A stretch of DNA of 64,000 nucleotides, taken from the IMG/VR virus record IMGVR_UViG_3300035501_001058. One strand, 5' to 3'. The position numbers and the translations under genes are program-made. The DNA comes from an uncultured virus (IMG/VR IMGVR_UViG_3300035501_001058) (lineage: Duplodnaviria > Heunggongvirae > Uroviricota > Caudoviricetes). Below the pieces are notes generated by a model, which worked only from the letters and a program-made list of their open reading frames with translations, was not told where the DNA came from and made no database searches. Of the stretch, positions 17,214-27,376 are shown in pieces (within the stretch, counting starts at the first letter, position 1; every line of letters starts with the position of its first letter).

Positions 17214-18974
17214 ATGGATTGGAGTAGTAGAAGTGTGACTAAAGAGTTAAGAGTAGATAGATACAGAATTAGTGATATAATAATTCGCTATATCGATGAT
17301 GAATTTTTTGTTAACAGAAGATACCAAAGAAAGTTAGTTTGGAGTCTTGATGAAAAACGTCTATTAATTGATTCTATTTTGAGGCAGATACCTTTACCGG
17401 CAATAATGTTAGTTGGCTTTAAAGTGCCTGTAGATAATGGTACTAAAGAGATTCTAGAAATTGTAGATGGTTTACAACGTCTAAATGCTATTATAGAGTT
17501 TGTTATGGGAAAATACGGAGTTGAATATCAGGGAAAGATATGTTATTTTGACCCATTAACTTTTAATGAGACATTTCAATTATGCCAAGATGGAAAAATT
17601 GCAAAGCAGGAATTGACATTACCAAAAGAGATTTGTCGAGATTTCATTAATTATGAGTTACCTGCTATTATTACAGGACAAGATGATAAAGCAATAGAGA
17701 CTATCTTTAGTAGAATTAATTCAACAGGAAGAAAGATCTCTCCACAGGATTTAAGGCAATCAAAAGCAATTGGTGAATTTCCTGATTTAGTACGTCGTAT
17801 AGCTAGCAGAGTTAGAGGTGATTACACATACGATAATAGAGTATGTCTAAGTGATGTCCCTAAGATTAGTATAGGTTCAAGTAAATACGGTTATGGCATT
17901 GATGTGAGTACTGTATTTTGGAGAAAGCATGATCTTGTTACAGAACGTAATCTTAAAGATTCTAAGGATGAAGAAATAATAGAATCTTTATTAGCTTCAA
18001 CATTATTAGGAAATAAGTTCAAAAAGAGTAAAATTTTTCTGGATGATTTATACGATAGAGAAACAGAACTAGGCAGATGTATAGAACAGGAAGTAGCTAA
18101 TGTCGGAAAAGAAAAACTGGAGAACAATTTTGCAAATGTTTTTAATACAATTGATGCTATTTTTACTGAATCTAACACTGATTTTTCTACACTGATGTTT
18201 GAGTCCAAAAGAATTAGTAATAAAGATGAATGCTTTAAGATAGTATTTAGAGCATTTTATAAACTTATGTCAGAGGGATACGTAGTAACAGATTATTGTA
18301 CTGTAGCATCAGAATTAAAAAAAGCTAGAAGTATTTTTGATAGATTTATTACAAAAGACAGAGTTAATTTTAGTGAAGCAGAAGATACAATAGTTAGTTT
18401 ATACAAAATTCTGAAACCATCGTTTTCTAAAATGATTAGCAGAAGTGTAAGTGATCTTGAAAAAGAGATTGATAAACGATTAAGTTACTCAAAAATAGAA
18501 AGTCAACTGACAGAATTTAAGATAGGCGTTTCCATACATAGTAGCAACAAGATTTGTTCTCAGTGCATACATAAAATAGCTAAAACTCTTGTAGCAATGG
18601 CTAATATAAGTAATGCTAAAGAATTAGGTATGGTAATAGTTGGTATAGCTGATAGTAATGAAGCTTATAAAGATTGGAAAGCTAATTATAATGGTACTGC
18701 TGATATTATAAGTAATCATTATGTAACAGGAATAGAAGATGAAGCCAAAAAGCTTACTGGTTCAACAGATAACCTATACCGTCAGATTAGACAGTGTATT
18801 GATAAGGAACCTATAACTGATAAATTAAAAAATTATGTGCTGGAGACTTTCGAGGTAATAAATTATCATGATAAAGAGCTACTGATTTTCTATAGTAAGA
18901 ATGTAGATGAGATTAGTTTATACGATGGGGAAAAATATGTAAGGCACGCAAATGAAACTGTATTAGTAAAATAA
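17214..18974 (+). CDS. DUF262 (GmrS/ParB-like) domain fused to a C-terminal Schlafen/AlbA_2 domain; putative defence protein
   Basis: YQRKLVW, LIDSIL, IVDGLQRL and IFSRINSTG (DUF262); ESQLTEFK, VAMAN, GMVIVGIAD and YVR (Schlafen/AlbA_2). Confidence 0.85.
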   Translation: MDWSSRSVTKELRVDRYRISDIIIRYIDDEFFVNRRYQRKLVWSLDEKRLLIDSILRQIPLPAIMLVGFKVPVDNGTKEILEIVDGLQRLNAIIEFVMGKYGVEYQGKICYFDPLTFNETFQLCQDGKIAKQELTLPKEICRDFINYELPAIITGQDDKAIETIFSRINSTGRKISPQDLRQSKAIGEFPDLVRRIASRVRGDYTYDNRVCLSDVPKISIGSSKYGYGIDVSTVFWRKHDLVTERNLKDSKDEEIIESLLASTLLGNKFKKSKIFLDDLYDRETELGRCIEQEVANVGKEKLENNFANVFNTIDAIFTESNTDFSTLMFESKRISNKDECFKIVFRAFYKLMSEGYVVTDYCTVASELKKARSIFDRFITKDRVNFSEAEDTIVSLYKILKPSFSKMISRSVSDLEKEIDKRLSYSKIESQLTEFKIGVSIHSSNKICSQCIHKIAKTLVAMANISNAKELGMVIVGIADSNEAYKDWKANYNGTADIISNHYVTGIEDEAKKLTGSTDNLYRQIRQCIDKEPITDKLKNYVLETFEVINYHDKELLIFYSKNVDEISLYDGEKYVRHANETVLVK

Positions 18975-19019
18975 ATAGATAGACAAGACCAGAGAGTATA
19001 AAAGCTTTCTGGTCTTTTT
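18970..19019 (+). repeat. Direct repeat A4 containing a conserved-core terminator
   Basis: 48/50 identical to 15350-15399. Confidence 0.9.
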
Positions 19020-19124
19020 GTTTACCTAATTAATGGTAAACCATCTCGATTTCTTTTTTTGTAATTTGGGAACTTAAAGTAATTTAAGAAAAATAATTTA
19101 TGCAAAGACAAGGAGGAAGAGGCT

Positions 19125-22100
19125 TTGAAAGAGAAACGAGATAAAATTATTGTTTTTATGCTGATCGCTATGATCTTAGCAGCTTTACCTTTAATCTTGC
19201 TTAAGGACGTTGTTTTCCCTAAAGCAGATAACAAAGCTACACCGGGCGATGCGGCAGCTGAGGGATGGGTCTTGCCAGAGGTAAGTCTTCCTGATAATGT
19301 GAATCCTGCAGGAATAGAATACGGGGTATACTCTGATTCTGATTGCAAGGACGAGGACAAAGTAGAAACTTTTGTACTGTCATGGGACGGTAAAGCCTAT
19401 GTTAATAAGGAAGATGAATCAATAGTGATTCAGAATGAAGAAAGCATAGGTGTAGGTGAGATAGAGCAGCTCTTACAGCTTGAACCAGCTACTTACTATT
19501 TACGTATGGAAGAGAAGCTGTTTAAGAGTGAAGACTCTGTTGAAACCACCGGCATAGCTTGGGATGACTCTATAATTGTCTTCTTAGTAGAGGATAATAG
19601 TACAGAGAAGAATCCACAGAAGCTTAAAATTACTTTGACAGATTTAGACGGTAACACAGCAACAGAGGATAGTATTACAGCTACAGCAGGAGATGCTAGT
19701 GCTGATGAGAGTGCGGACACACCTATTATGGCAGACATTTGGGAGGCTGTTAATGTAACACAGTATTTTGCTGCAAACACAGTTTTTGATAAGACTGCTA
19801 GTGGATATACATATGTTAAAGAAAAGAATTCAGCGGGTAAAGATATAACTTGGACTGGAATCTATTATGCTTATGGTTCAAGTAAGAATCTTAAGTCAAC
19901 AGAGATAAGTAATTACCACATTTGGAACACAGACGGTGATGATCTAGGTTTGGCATACTGCGGTGATCACAATAAAGCATCACCTACATGGCATGGGAGT
20001 GGTAGCTATAACTATGGTACAACATCATGGGACACTATTCCAGTTAATAAATACATTGTATTTGGAAACGAAAATAGTGACGATGATAGAGATTTTGGTG
20101 CAACATGTGCAGCAATTATCAAATACGGTGAAGACAACGAGTTGGATAATAGTGATATTGCATTAATGCTTAATTATGCAAGAAATGGTGGTTCAAAACC
20201 TTCAGGTTACGATACTGCTGTAGCAACAACAGTTTATAGTAAGGGTGCTGCTAGTCCTACTGTATCTAAGGTAGGTAGCAGTTCTACAACAACAGTCACT
20301 AGTAGTACTAGTAACAATAAAACCAAGTATGTTGTCACAGTAAATGAAACTTCTTCTACTAGTGCAACAGTAACTACGTCTAAATTTAAGATTACTGGTA
20401 CAACAAACACAGCTACTTTTAAAGTACCTACAAATATGACCTTACATCAGAGTCATACAGTAAACGGTGAAACTGTATCTGGTACAGTAAGTGCTGGTAA
20501 TACTGCAACATTAAGAAACGGTTATACTTACTGGTTTACTTGGAAAAGAACAGATAGTATAAAAAGTAGTGTATCAGCAACATTTGCAAACAAGGGTTAT
20601 CAAGTATACGAGTTTTCTCCTGTATATTATCTCAAGAATGATAACACAGAATATCATTTCCAGAATTTGTTCCAGCTTGGCGATGCTCAGTCATACGCAA
20701 TAACTATTAAGTTTAAAGCAACTGAAAACTCAGATGGAATGATTAAAATACAGAAGAAATCTACTAGTACAAAAATTTCCAATGCAAATAGTGCATACAA
20801 TATGGCTGGTATCAAATACAGCGTTTACTCAAATAGTGCAGCTACCACATACGCCAGCGTTACGTCTGTTGCCTGGGAATGTGAGTGTGGAGAAACTATT
20901 ACACCTCAAGCAAAGCGAACTATCGTATTGTCATATAATGGTTATGCTTATATGGACCATGATGGTAAAAATGTTATCTTTACTAGTGAGGCAGCTAAGA
21001 ATAGATTTGAAGAAGAAGAAGGTTATCTTCATTGGTACAGATACACATTTTTAATACCAGGTGGTGCAGATTCTGCGACATACTATTTACAAGAGGATAA
21101 AACTCTTGCACTGGATGAGCGTGACTCTGGTACAAGACCTTACTACTATTATAATGAAGATGGTAAAAATAGATACAGTCTTCATGGAGAATCAGTAAGT
21201 AAGTCCGGATATGCATACAACAGCAAGATTTACACATGTAATGTAGATGCAAATGAAGCAGAATGGGTTTATCCAAAAGACAATCCAGAAACAGGAAAAG
21301 TCAGAGTAGATAAAGCTATTTCTAATGATGGCGCTACAGCTTTAGCAAAAGGCTTAAAGATCCAGCTTCAAAGATCTACATCTAACACCGATGCTAATTA
21401 TGTTACAGTAGCAGAATGGACAGTTAACAGCAGCGGTAAGGGTATACCTACATCTGTTAATAGTACTGGTAAAGCACTTGGTATTTACACTAATTATGAT
21501 GGTGAAGATATTGATGAGGCATCCCAGCGTAATTTCCTTGGGTTACCATATGGTTACTATAAGATTGTGGAGGATACCACGTCAGCTACCAACTTAGGTT
21601 TGACAAAAGTTTCACCATCTAGTGGTGAATACAAATTCACAATTAGTGCAGCTAATTTCAGTAGCACTGGTAATAATATAGGTGAATTCATAGGTGGACT
21701 TGCTGGAGCAGTGGCTGCAGATAGTGAAGATAGTTACACATACCGATATGTATTCACTAATAGTGCTACAAAGGTAAAGGTGACAAAGCAGTACAATGGA
21801 ACAAGTAATAATGCAGCTCATATGAAGGGACTTAAGTTTACACTTTACAAGGAGGATAGCGCTACAGGTACTGATACTTCTAAAAATAGAGTAGTGGCAA
21901 CATTCACCCATAATGGTACTAAGGTAGTTCCATCTAGTATAGGCTCTGACTTTAGCAGCACATACAAAACAAAGATTAGCGGAGATTATGTAATCAATAT
22001 ACCAGCAGGATACTACTATCTTGTGGAAGATGCAAATACAGCGAAATCTTTAGGATTTACACCAGCAACAGGTAAAACAGTTAAGATTACTTCAACAACT

Positions 22101-25100
22101 ACGGAGATAACTCTTAATAACACAGCACCAAGAATTTCATTTAAGAAGATTTTTGGAGATACTAATCTGTGCAATAATGGAACAAACCCTAACTACAGCT
22201 TAGAAGGTGCTGAGTTCTCTATTTATGCAGTATCAGCTAAGGGCGATACAACTGATGACGCTACTAAGAGGATTTGTGATTTTACAACAAATGCAGATGG
22301 TGTTGGCGTTATGAAGAATCTTAACACAACTAATTACAGTAATCTGTGGACAGAGCCAGCTTCAATTGACAGTAAAACTGTTTCAGGTGCAAATCTTGCA
22401 GGTATACCAATTGATACATGGTTATACGTCGTAGAGACTAAAGCTTCTGAAGGTTGTGATTTAGCAGACCCTATGTGGATTCAGTTCACATCAGATCTTG
22501 GTACAAAGACCTACACAGTTAAGGAGCCATTAGTAAATGACCCATTTAGTTTACAGATTCAGAAGGTTGATTCATTAACAGGAGAAGCAGTATCAACAGG
22601 AGATAGTAGTCTTGCAGGTGCTGAATTTACTGTTAAGTACTATGCCGTTGATGTAGATAAATATACAACCTTAAGTTCAATAGCTGGACTTAAAGCAACA
22701 AGGACTTGGGTATTAGTAACTGATGAAGATGGTAAGATTTATGGTGATACTGCAAGCTACTACAAAGCAGGCTCTGATGAAGTGTACACGAGAGATTCTG
22801 GTATTATCGTAATACCTAGAGGTGTAATCACCATTGAAGAAACTAAATCTCCAGAAGGTTACACAACAAGTGGTTCATACGTTAATCAGGAGACTGGTGA
22901 AACAATAAGTGGAGGTTCAACAATCTTTGCTGTTATTAAACAGAAAGATGACTTGATTAGTTATCTTGGTACAGAAACAGTAAACAAGACAGAAGTACCA
23001 AACCGTGGTGACATAGTATTCAGAAAGATTACTTTGGATACAAAAGAGTCCATGGCAGGCGTTCCATTTAGAATTACAGCCTCAACAGGTGAAAGTCACA
23101 TAGTAGTTACCGATGAAAACGGTATAGTTGACACATCAGCTATAGCTCATAGTCAGAATACAAACGCTAATGATGACGCAGCAGACGGTGAGTACACTGA
23201 ATGTGGTGTTTGGTTCTATGGTAATGCAGAGGGCACAGGTACAATAGATGATGCACAGGGTGCTTTAGCATTTGATACATACACAATCGAAGAATTACCT
23301 TCAGCTGCTAATGAAGGCTACAGATTAGTAGCAACAGCAACTGTTACAGAGCTTGGTTCTACAGTTAATTATGTGGATGGCTACTATAAGTATGATTTAG
23401 GTGATATAACAAACGTTCTTGAGCCTAAGATTTACACACAGGTTTACTGCAAGGACACAGATAGTCAGTTAGTTCCTGCCGATAGTATCACAGACTTCAC
23501 TGATACTGTTAATTACGAGTGGTTAACAGCTGGTGAAACATATACTGTTAAGGGTGTTGTAATTGATAAGACAACAGAAAAGCCATACGTAAATGCAGAT
23601 GGTACTTACTGTTTAGGAAAGACAACATTTACTGTTGATTCTGAATACAGTGAATCACCTTACGAGAAGTTTGGTTCTGTAGTTGTTGATTACAAGATAG
23701 ACACAACAGGTATAGATTCTGATAAAGAATTAGTAGTATACGAATACTTATACGAAGGAGCATCTGATGAAGATTTAGTAATTTCAGAAGATGGTACAAT
23801 TGACACTACAGGTGTTCTTGAGACCAACAAGGGTAATCAGGTATATCACGCTGATATTACAGACGAGAAGCAGACATTATACGTGCCAACAATTGGAACT
23901 CAGTTAACAGATGATACTTATCACAAAGAGACACAGTATTGCGAAAGCGTTACTCTGATTGATACTGTTTCATATAATAATCTGATACCTGGTAAATCTT
24001 ACGAGATGAAGGGTACACTTTACAATAAAGAGACAGAAAAAGCACTTCTTGATGCTGATGGAAATGAAATCACAGCATCAACATCTTTTGTTGCATCTGC
24101 AAAGGCAGGTACAGTAGAAGTGAAGTTTACATTTAATGCAACAATAGCATTAGATTGGAGCGAACATGTAGTTGCTTTCGAGGACTGCTATGATGAATCT
24201 GGTAAAATAAAAATCGCAACACATGCTGATATAAATGATGATGATCAGACTATTGAATTTCCTCATATAAGTACACAGCTTACAGGTAAAACATCAAAAG
24301 ATCATTTTGAATTATACAGTGACACTATGGAACTTGTAGATACAATTTCATACACAAATCTTCCTACAGATGAAGAACTTAAATTTGTGGGTAAGTTATA
24401 TAATGCAAAAACAGGAAAAATACTTAAGGACAGCACTGGCGAAATAACAGTAGAGGAAGCAGTTACGCTTAAGGATTCTGATGCTACATATGATATGACC
24501 TACAAATTCAATGCTTTAGAGGCACTTCCAATGAATGCTGATGGTACAGTTGATAGTGTCGTATGTTTTGAGTATGTATACGGTTCAGATGGAAGATTAC
24601 TTGCTAAGCATGAAGATTTAACTGACGCATCTCAGACAATAGATGTTCCTACAATTGGTACTACTTTAGTTGATTCAGAAACTGACGACCATGTTGCTTA
24701 CTATGATTCTAGTATAGTCTTAGTAGATACTATTGATTACAAGAATCTTGTAGTAGGTAAAGAATACAGTGTTGAAGGTGTTCTTATGAATCAGGATACC
24801 GAGTCACCTGTATTAGTTGATGGTAAAGAAGTTACTGCAACAGGTACTTTTGTGCCAGAAAATACAAGTGGTACAACACAGGTTACATTTACATTTGATG
24901 CAACTAAGTCAGATTTAATTAAAGATGATGGAACAATTTCATCAGTAGTTGCTTTTGAATCAGTTTACTTAAAAGGAGTTCTTATCGCAGAGCATAAAGA
25001 TCTGACAGATGGAGACCAGACGGTTGATATCCCTACAGGACATACAGAAGCTCTTGATGATAAGACAGGTACACATACTTCAAAAGCTGAGAAGAAGTGT

Positions 25101-25898
25101 TCTATAACAGATACAGTATTCTACGAGAATCTGCTAGTTGGAAAAGAATACACAGTTGAAGGTAAACTTATGGTACAGGGTACAGGTAAGGTATTAAAGG
25201 TAAATGGCGAACCTGTAACCGCTTCTGCAACTTTCACACCTAAGAAGTCTACTGGTACTGTAAAATTAACATTTACATTCGATGCTTCAGCTCTTGAAGG
25301 CAAGAGTGTTGTAGTATTTGAAGATTGCTACAAAAATGGAATAAAGGTATTTACTCATGCTGATCTTTCAGATGAGGCACAGACAGTACATTTCCCTAAG
25401 ATTGGAACAACAGCTACTAACGGTGCTAATGGTTCTAAGACATTAGATTTAGGCACAGAAATTTCATTAATAGACACAGTAAAGTTCAGTAATCTTACTA
25501 CTGGTGACAAGTACTTAATCAAGGGTAAAGTCATGGATAAAGAAACAGGTAAGATTGTAAAAGTAACAGCTGGTAGTGCTAATAGTGAATTAGAATTTGT
25601 AGCTGAAACATCAGATGGAAGTGTAGATGTTGAATTTAACTTTAACACAACAGGATTAGGCGGAAAGACTTTAGTCGTATTTGAGGAAGTATACACTTAC
25701 TCACCTGAAGGAGACTTAGTCCTTGTAGCTACACATGATGACCTTGACGACGAGGGACAGTCTGTTGATATACCAGATAAACCACATACACCTAAGACAG
25801 GTGACACAATGAGGGTTGGTATTATGTTAGCAATTCTTCTGCTTTCATTAGCAGGTATGACAGGATTGATAATTTATAAAAAGAAATCGAACAATTAA
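19125..25898 (+). CDS. Giant sortase-anchored adhesin (SpaA/CnaB-type domains and about six VaFE-type repeats)
   Basis: N-terminal hydrophobic signal; L.GAEF...Y..ETKA/SP.G motifs; repeats DTV.Y.NL..G..Y...G...VVxFE...H.D..D..QT; PKTGD, TM and KKK tail. Confidence 0.9.
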   Translation: MKEKRDKIIVFMLIAMILAALPLILLKDVVFPKADNKATPGDAAAEGWVLPEVSLPDNVNPAGIEYGVYSDSDCKDEDKVETFVLSWDGKAYVNKEDESIVIQNEESIGVGEIEQLLQLEPATYYLRMEEKLFKSEDSVETTGIAWDDSIIVFLVEDNSTEKNPQKLKITLTDLDGNTATEDSITATAGDASADESADTPIMADIWEAVNVTQYFAANTVFDKTASGYTYVKEKNSAGKDITWTGIYYAYGSSKNLKSTEISNYHIWNTDGDDLGLAYCGDHNKASPTWHGSGSYNYGTTSWDTIPVNKYIVFGNENSDDDRDFGATCAAIIKYGEDNELDNSDIALMLNYARNGGSKPSGYDTAVATTVYSKGAASPTVSKVGSSSTTTVTSSTSNNKTKYVVTVNETSSTSATVTTSKFKITGTTNTATFKVPTNMTLHQSHTVNGETVSGTVSAGNTATLRNGYTYWFTWKRTDSIKSSVSATFANKGYQVYEFSPVYYLKNDNTEYHFQNLFQLGDAQSYAITIKFKATENSDGMIKIQKKSTSTKISNANSAYNMAGIKYSVYSNSAATTYASVTSVAWECECGETITPQAKRTIVLSYNGYAYMDHDGKNVIFTSEAAKNRFEEEEGYLHWYRYTFLIPGGADSATYYLQEDKTLALDERDSGTRPYYYYNEDGKNRYSLHGESVSKSGYAYNSKIYTCNVDANEAEWVYPKDNPETGKVRVDKAISNDGATALAKGLKIQLQRSTSNTDANYVTVAEWTVNSSGKGIPTSVNSTGKALGIYTNYDGEDIDEASQRNFLGLPYGYYKIVEDTTSATNLGLTKVSPSSGEYKFTISAANFSSTGNNIGEFIGGLAGAVAADSEDSYTYRYVFTNSATKVKVTKQYNGTSNNAAHMKGLKFTLYKEDSATGTDTSKNRVVATFTHNGTKVVPSSIGSDFSSTYKTKISGDYVINIPAGYYYLVEDANTAKSLGFTPATGKTVKITSTTTEITLNNTAPRISFKKIFGDTNLCNNGTNPNYSLEGAEFSIYAVSAKGDTTDDATKRICDFTTNADGVGVMKNLNTTNYSNLWTEPASIDSKTVSGANLAGIPIDTWLYVVETKASEGCDLADPMWIQFTSDLGTKTYTVKEPLVNDPFSLQIQKVDSLTGEAVSTGDSSLAGAEFTVKYYAVDVDKYTTLSSIAGLKATRTWVLVTDEDGKIYGDTASYYKAGSDEVYTRDSGIIVIPRGVITIEETKSPEGYTTSGSYVNQETGETISGGSTIFAVIKQKDDLISYLGTETVNKTEVPNRGDIVFRKITLDTKESMAGVPFRITASTGESHIVVTDENGIVDTSAIAHSQNTNANDDAADGEYTECGVWFYGNAEGTGTIDDAQGALAFDTYTIEELPSAANEGYRLVATATVTELGSTVNYVDGYYKYDLGDITNVLEPKIYTQVYCKDTDSQLVPADSITDFTDTVNYEWLTAGETYTVKGVVIDKTTEKPYVNADGTYCLGKTTFTVDSEYSESPYEKFGSVVVDYKIDTTGIDSDKELVVYEYLYEGASDEDLVISEDGTIDTTGVLETNKGNQVYHADITDEKQTLYVPTIGTQLTDDTYHKETQYCESVTLIDTVSYNNLIPGKSYEMKGTLYNKETEKALLDADGNEITASTSFVASAKAGTVEVKFTFNATIALDWSEHVVAFEDCYDESGKIKIATHADINDDDQTIEFPHISTQLTGKTSKDHFELYSDTMELVDTISYTNLPTDEELKFVGKLYNAKTGKILKDSTGEITVEEAVTLKDSDATYDMTYKFNALEALPMNADGTVDSVVCFEYVYGSDGRLLAKHEDLTDASQTIDVPTIGTTLVDSETDDHVAYYDSSIVLVDTIDYKNLVVGKEYSVEGVLMNQDTESPVLVDGKEVTATGTFVPENTSGTTQVTFTFDATKSDLIKDDGTISSVVAFESVYLKGVLIAEHKDLTDGDQTVDIPTGHTEALDDKTGTHTSKAEKKCSITDTVFYENLLVGKEYTVEGKLMVQGTGKVLKVNGEPVTASATFTPKKSTGTVKLTFTFDASALEGKSVVVFEDCYKNGIKVFTHADLSDEAQTVHFPKIGTTATNGANGSKTLDLGTEISLIDTVKFSNLTTGDKYLIKGKVMDKETGKIVKVTAGSANSELEFVAETSDGSVDVEFNFNTTGLGGKTLVVFEEVYTYSPEGDLVLVATHDDLDDEGQSVDIPDKPHTPKTGDTMRVGIMLAILLLSLAGMTGLIIYKKKSNN

Positions 25899-25921
25899 GT
25901 AATTCCCAAATTACAAAATCA

Positions 25922-25955
25922 GGAAAGGGTAGTATAAAAGCTACCCTTTCTTTTT
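25922..25955 (+). terminator. Conserved-core hairpin
   Basis: GGAAAGGGT-AGTATAAAAGCT-ACCCTTTCT then T run. Confidence 0.8.
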
Positions 25956-26037
25956 AAATAGAAATAAGATATAATTAGTAAAGATAATAAAGATGGCAAG
26001 AATAATAGGATAAAACAATTGATAGGTATTCCGTAGT

Positions 26038-26808
26038 ATGATAAATAGGGTGATTAATGTGGAAAATATGACTTTGTTTAATGAAAATAATAATTCTGTT
26101 GATAAACCGAGTGATTTAGTTAAGCACAAAGATAGTCTATTAGCACAGCAAGCTTTAAATGCAAAAATTTTATTTCATGGAAATAAAAATAATAATATGA
26201 TTCCAAGTGCAACATATGTCAATGATGATAATGATTTTGGTTCTGGTTTTTATACAACTCCTGATTATAAAGCAGCATGCGAATGGGCATTTTCGGATTA
26301 TAGTAAAGGTGAAAATGGTTTCGTACATTCTTATGAAATAGATTATGGTGAACTGCATGGTATAGATTTTACAAAGGAGTTTACAGAAGTTTGGGTTGCA
26401 ACTATAATAAAGCATAGATTTAAATTAGATAAAGATGTCTCAGCAATAGTCAAAGAGAGAACATCTAATTTTACTAATAGGTTTGCAGTAGATATGAAGC
26501 AATACGATTTTGCTATAGCTTATAGAGCAGATGATAATTTCTATAGATATATTGCAGATTTTGTTAGTGCTGATACTTCTATGGAGTGTATTAAGGAAGC
26601 TGTTCATCTAGGTCATCTCGGTATTCAGGTATTTTTTAGAGGCGACAAAGCTATAAAAATGTTAAATACCGGAAAACATACATGTGATTTTGTTGATAAA
26701 AAATATAAAGGTTTATACAAAAAGACTCAGGAAGCTGCTAACAAACAATACGAAATACTTAGAGATACAAAAAGACCTGTTAATACTATGATATACAATT
26801 ACGAGTGA
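26038..26808 (+). CDS. DUF3990-family protein (second, divergent copy)
   Basis: LFHG, NDFGSGFYTT, A.EWA, YRADD and LG.LG.Q motifs. Confidence 0.8.
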   Translation: MINRVINVENMTLFNENNNSVDKPSDLVKHKDSLLAQQALNAKILFHGNKNNNMIPSATYVNDDNDFGSGFYTTPDYKAACEWAFSDYSKGENGFVHSYEIDYGELHGIDFTKEFTEVWVATIIKHRFKLDKDVSAIVKERTSNFTNRFAVDMKQYDFAIAYRADDNFYRYIADFVSADTSMECIKEAVHLGHLGIQVFFRGDKAIKMLNTGKHTCDFVDKKYKGLYKKTQEAANKQYEILRDTKRPVNTMIYNYE

Positions 26809-26817
26809 GGTGCAACT

Positions 26818-27267
26818 ATGCTAGGTTCAATTTATTATTGGGATAAAAAATTGCTGCCTTTGATCTTTGAACAATGTTCTTCGATAGTTTGTGATAAATA
26901 TAATATAAATAATTTGGATACTGTACAGTTTTTGACAGATTTTATGAAATCTAAGCTACGTAAGGAGATGGATGAACAATTTTATGGCCTTCTTAATGAT
27001 AGAGCAACAATAGTAATACAAAAATATATTACAGTAGATTTAGACAGTAATTTAGATTTAATTAAATCAGCATCTAATGAGTTTGAAGGACAATACACTT
27101 TACATTGGTGCGGATTGTTATATGCATACATTAGAGAAGAGTCTAGAATGTATTCAAGTGAAATTATTGAGAGATTTCCTATAGAAAGGGCCATTCAATT
27201 TTATACGATAGGACATGAGATGTCTTTAGCAAATTGTTGGAATAAAATAAAGAATTTGTTTAGTTAG
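26818..27267 (+). CDS. Putative antitoxin or partner of DUF3990
   Basis: F...FMKS..R..MD, W.G.LYAY and Y...HE pattern; adjacent gene. Confidence 0.6.
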   Translation: MLGSIYYWDKKLLPLIFEQCSSIVCDKYNINNLDTVQFLTDFMKSKLRKEMDEQFYGLLNDRATIVIQKYITVDLDSNLDLIKSASNEFEGQYTLHWCGLLYAYIREESRMYSSEIIERFPIERAIQFYTIGHEMSLANCWNKIKNLFS

Positions 27268-27300
27268 TAGAGAGTAGTGTAAAAGCTACTCTCTATTTTT
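27267..27300 (+). terminator. Conserved-core hairpin
   Basis: GTAGAGAGT-AGTGTAAAAGCT-ACTCTCTAT then T run. Confidence 0.8.
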
Positions 27301-27376
27301 ATACATAAAATGAGAGGAGGAATAACATTATTAAGTGGATAATAATTAAATTTATGAATTCTGAGGAGGTATAAAA

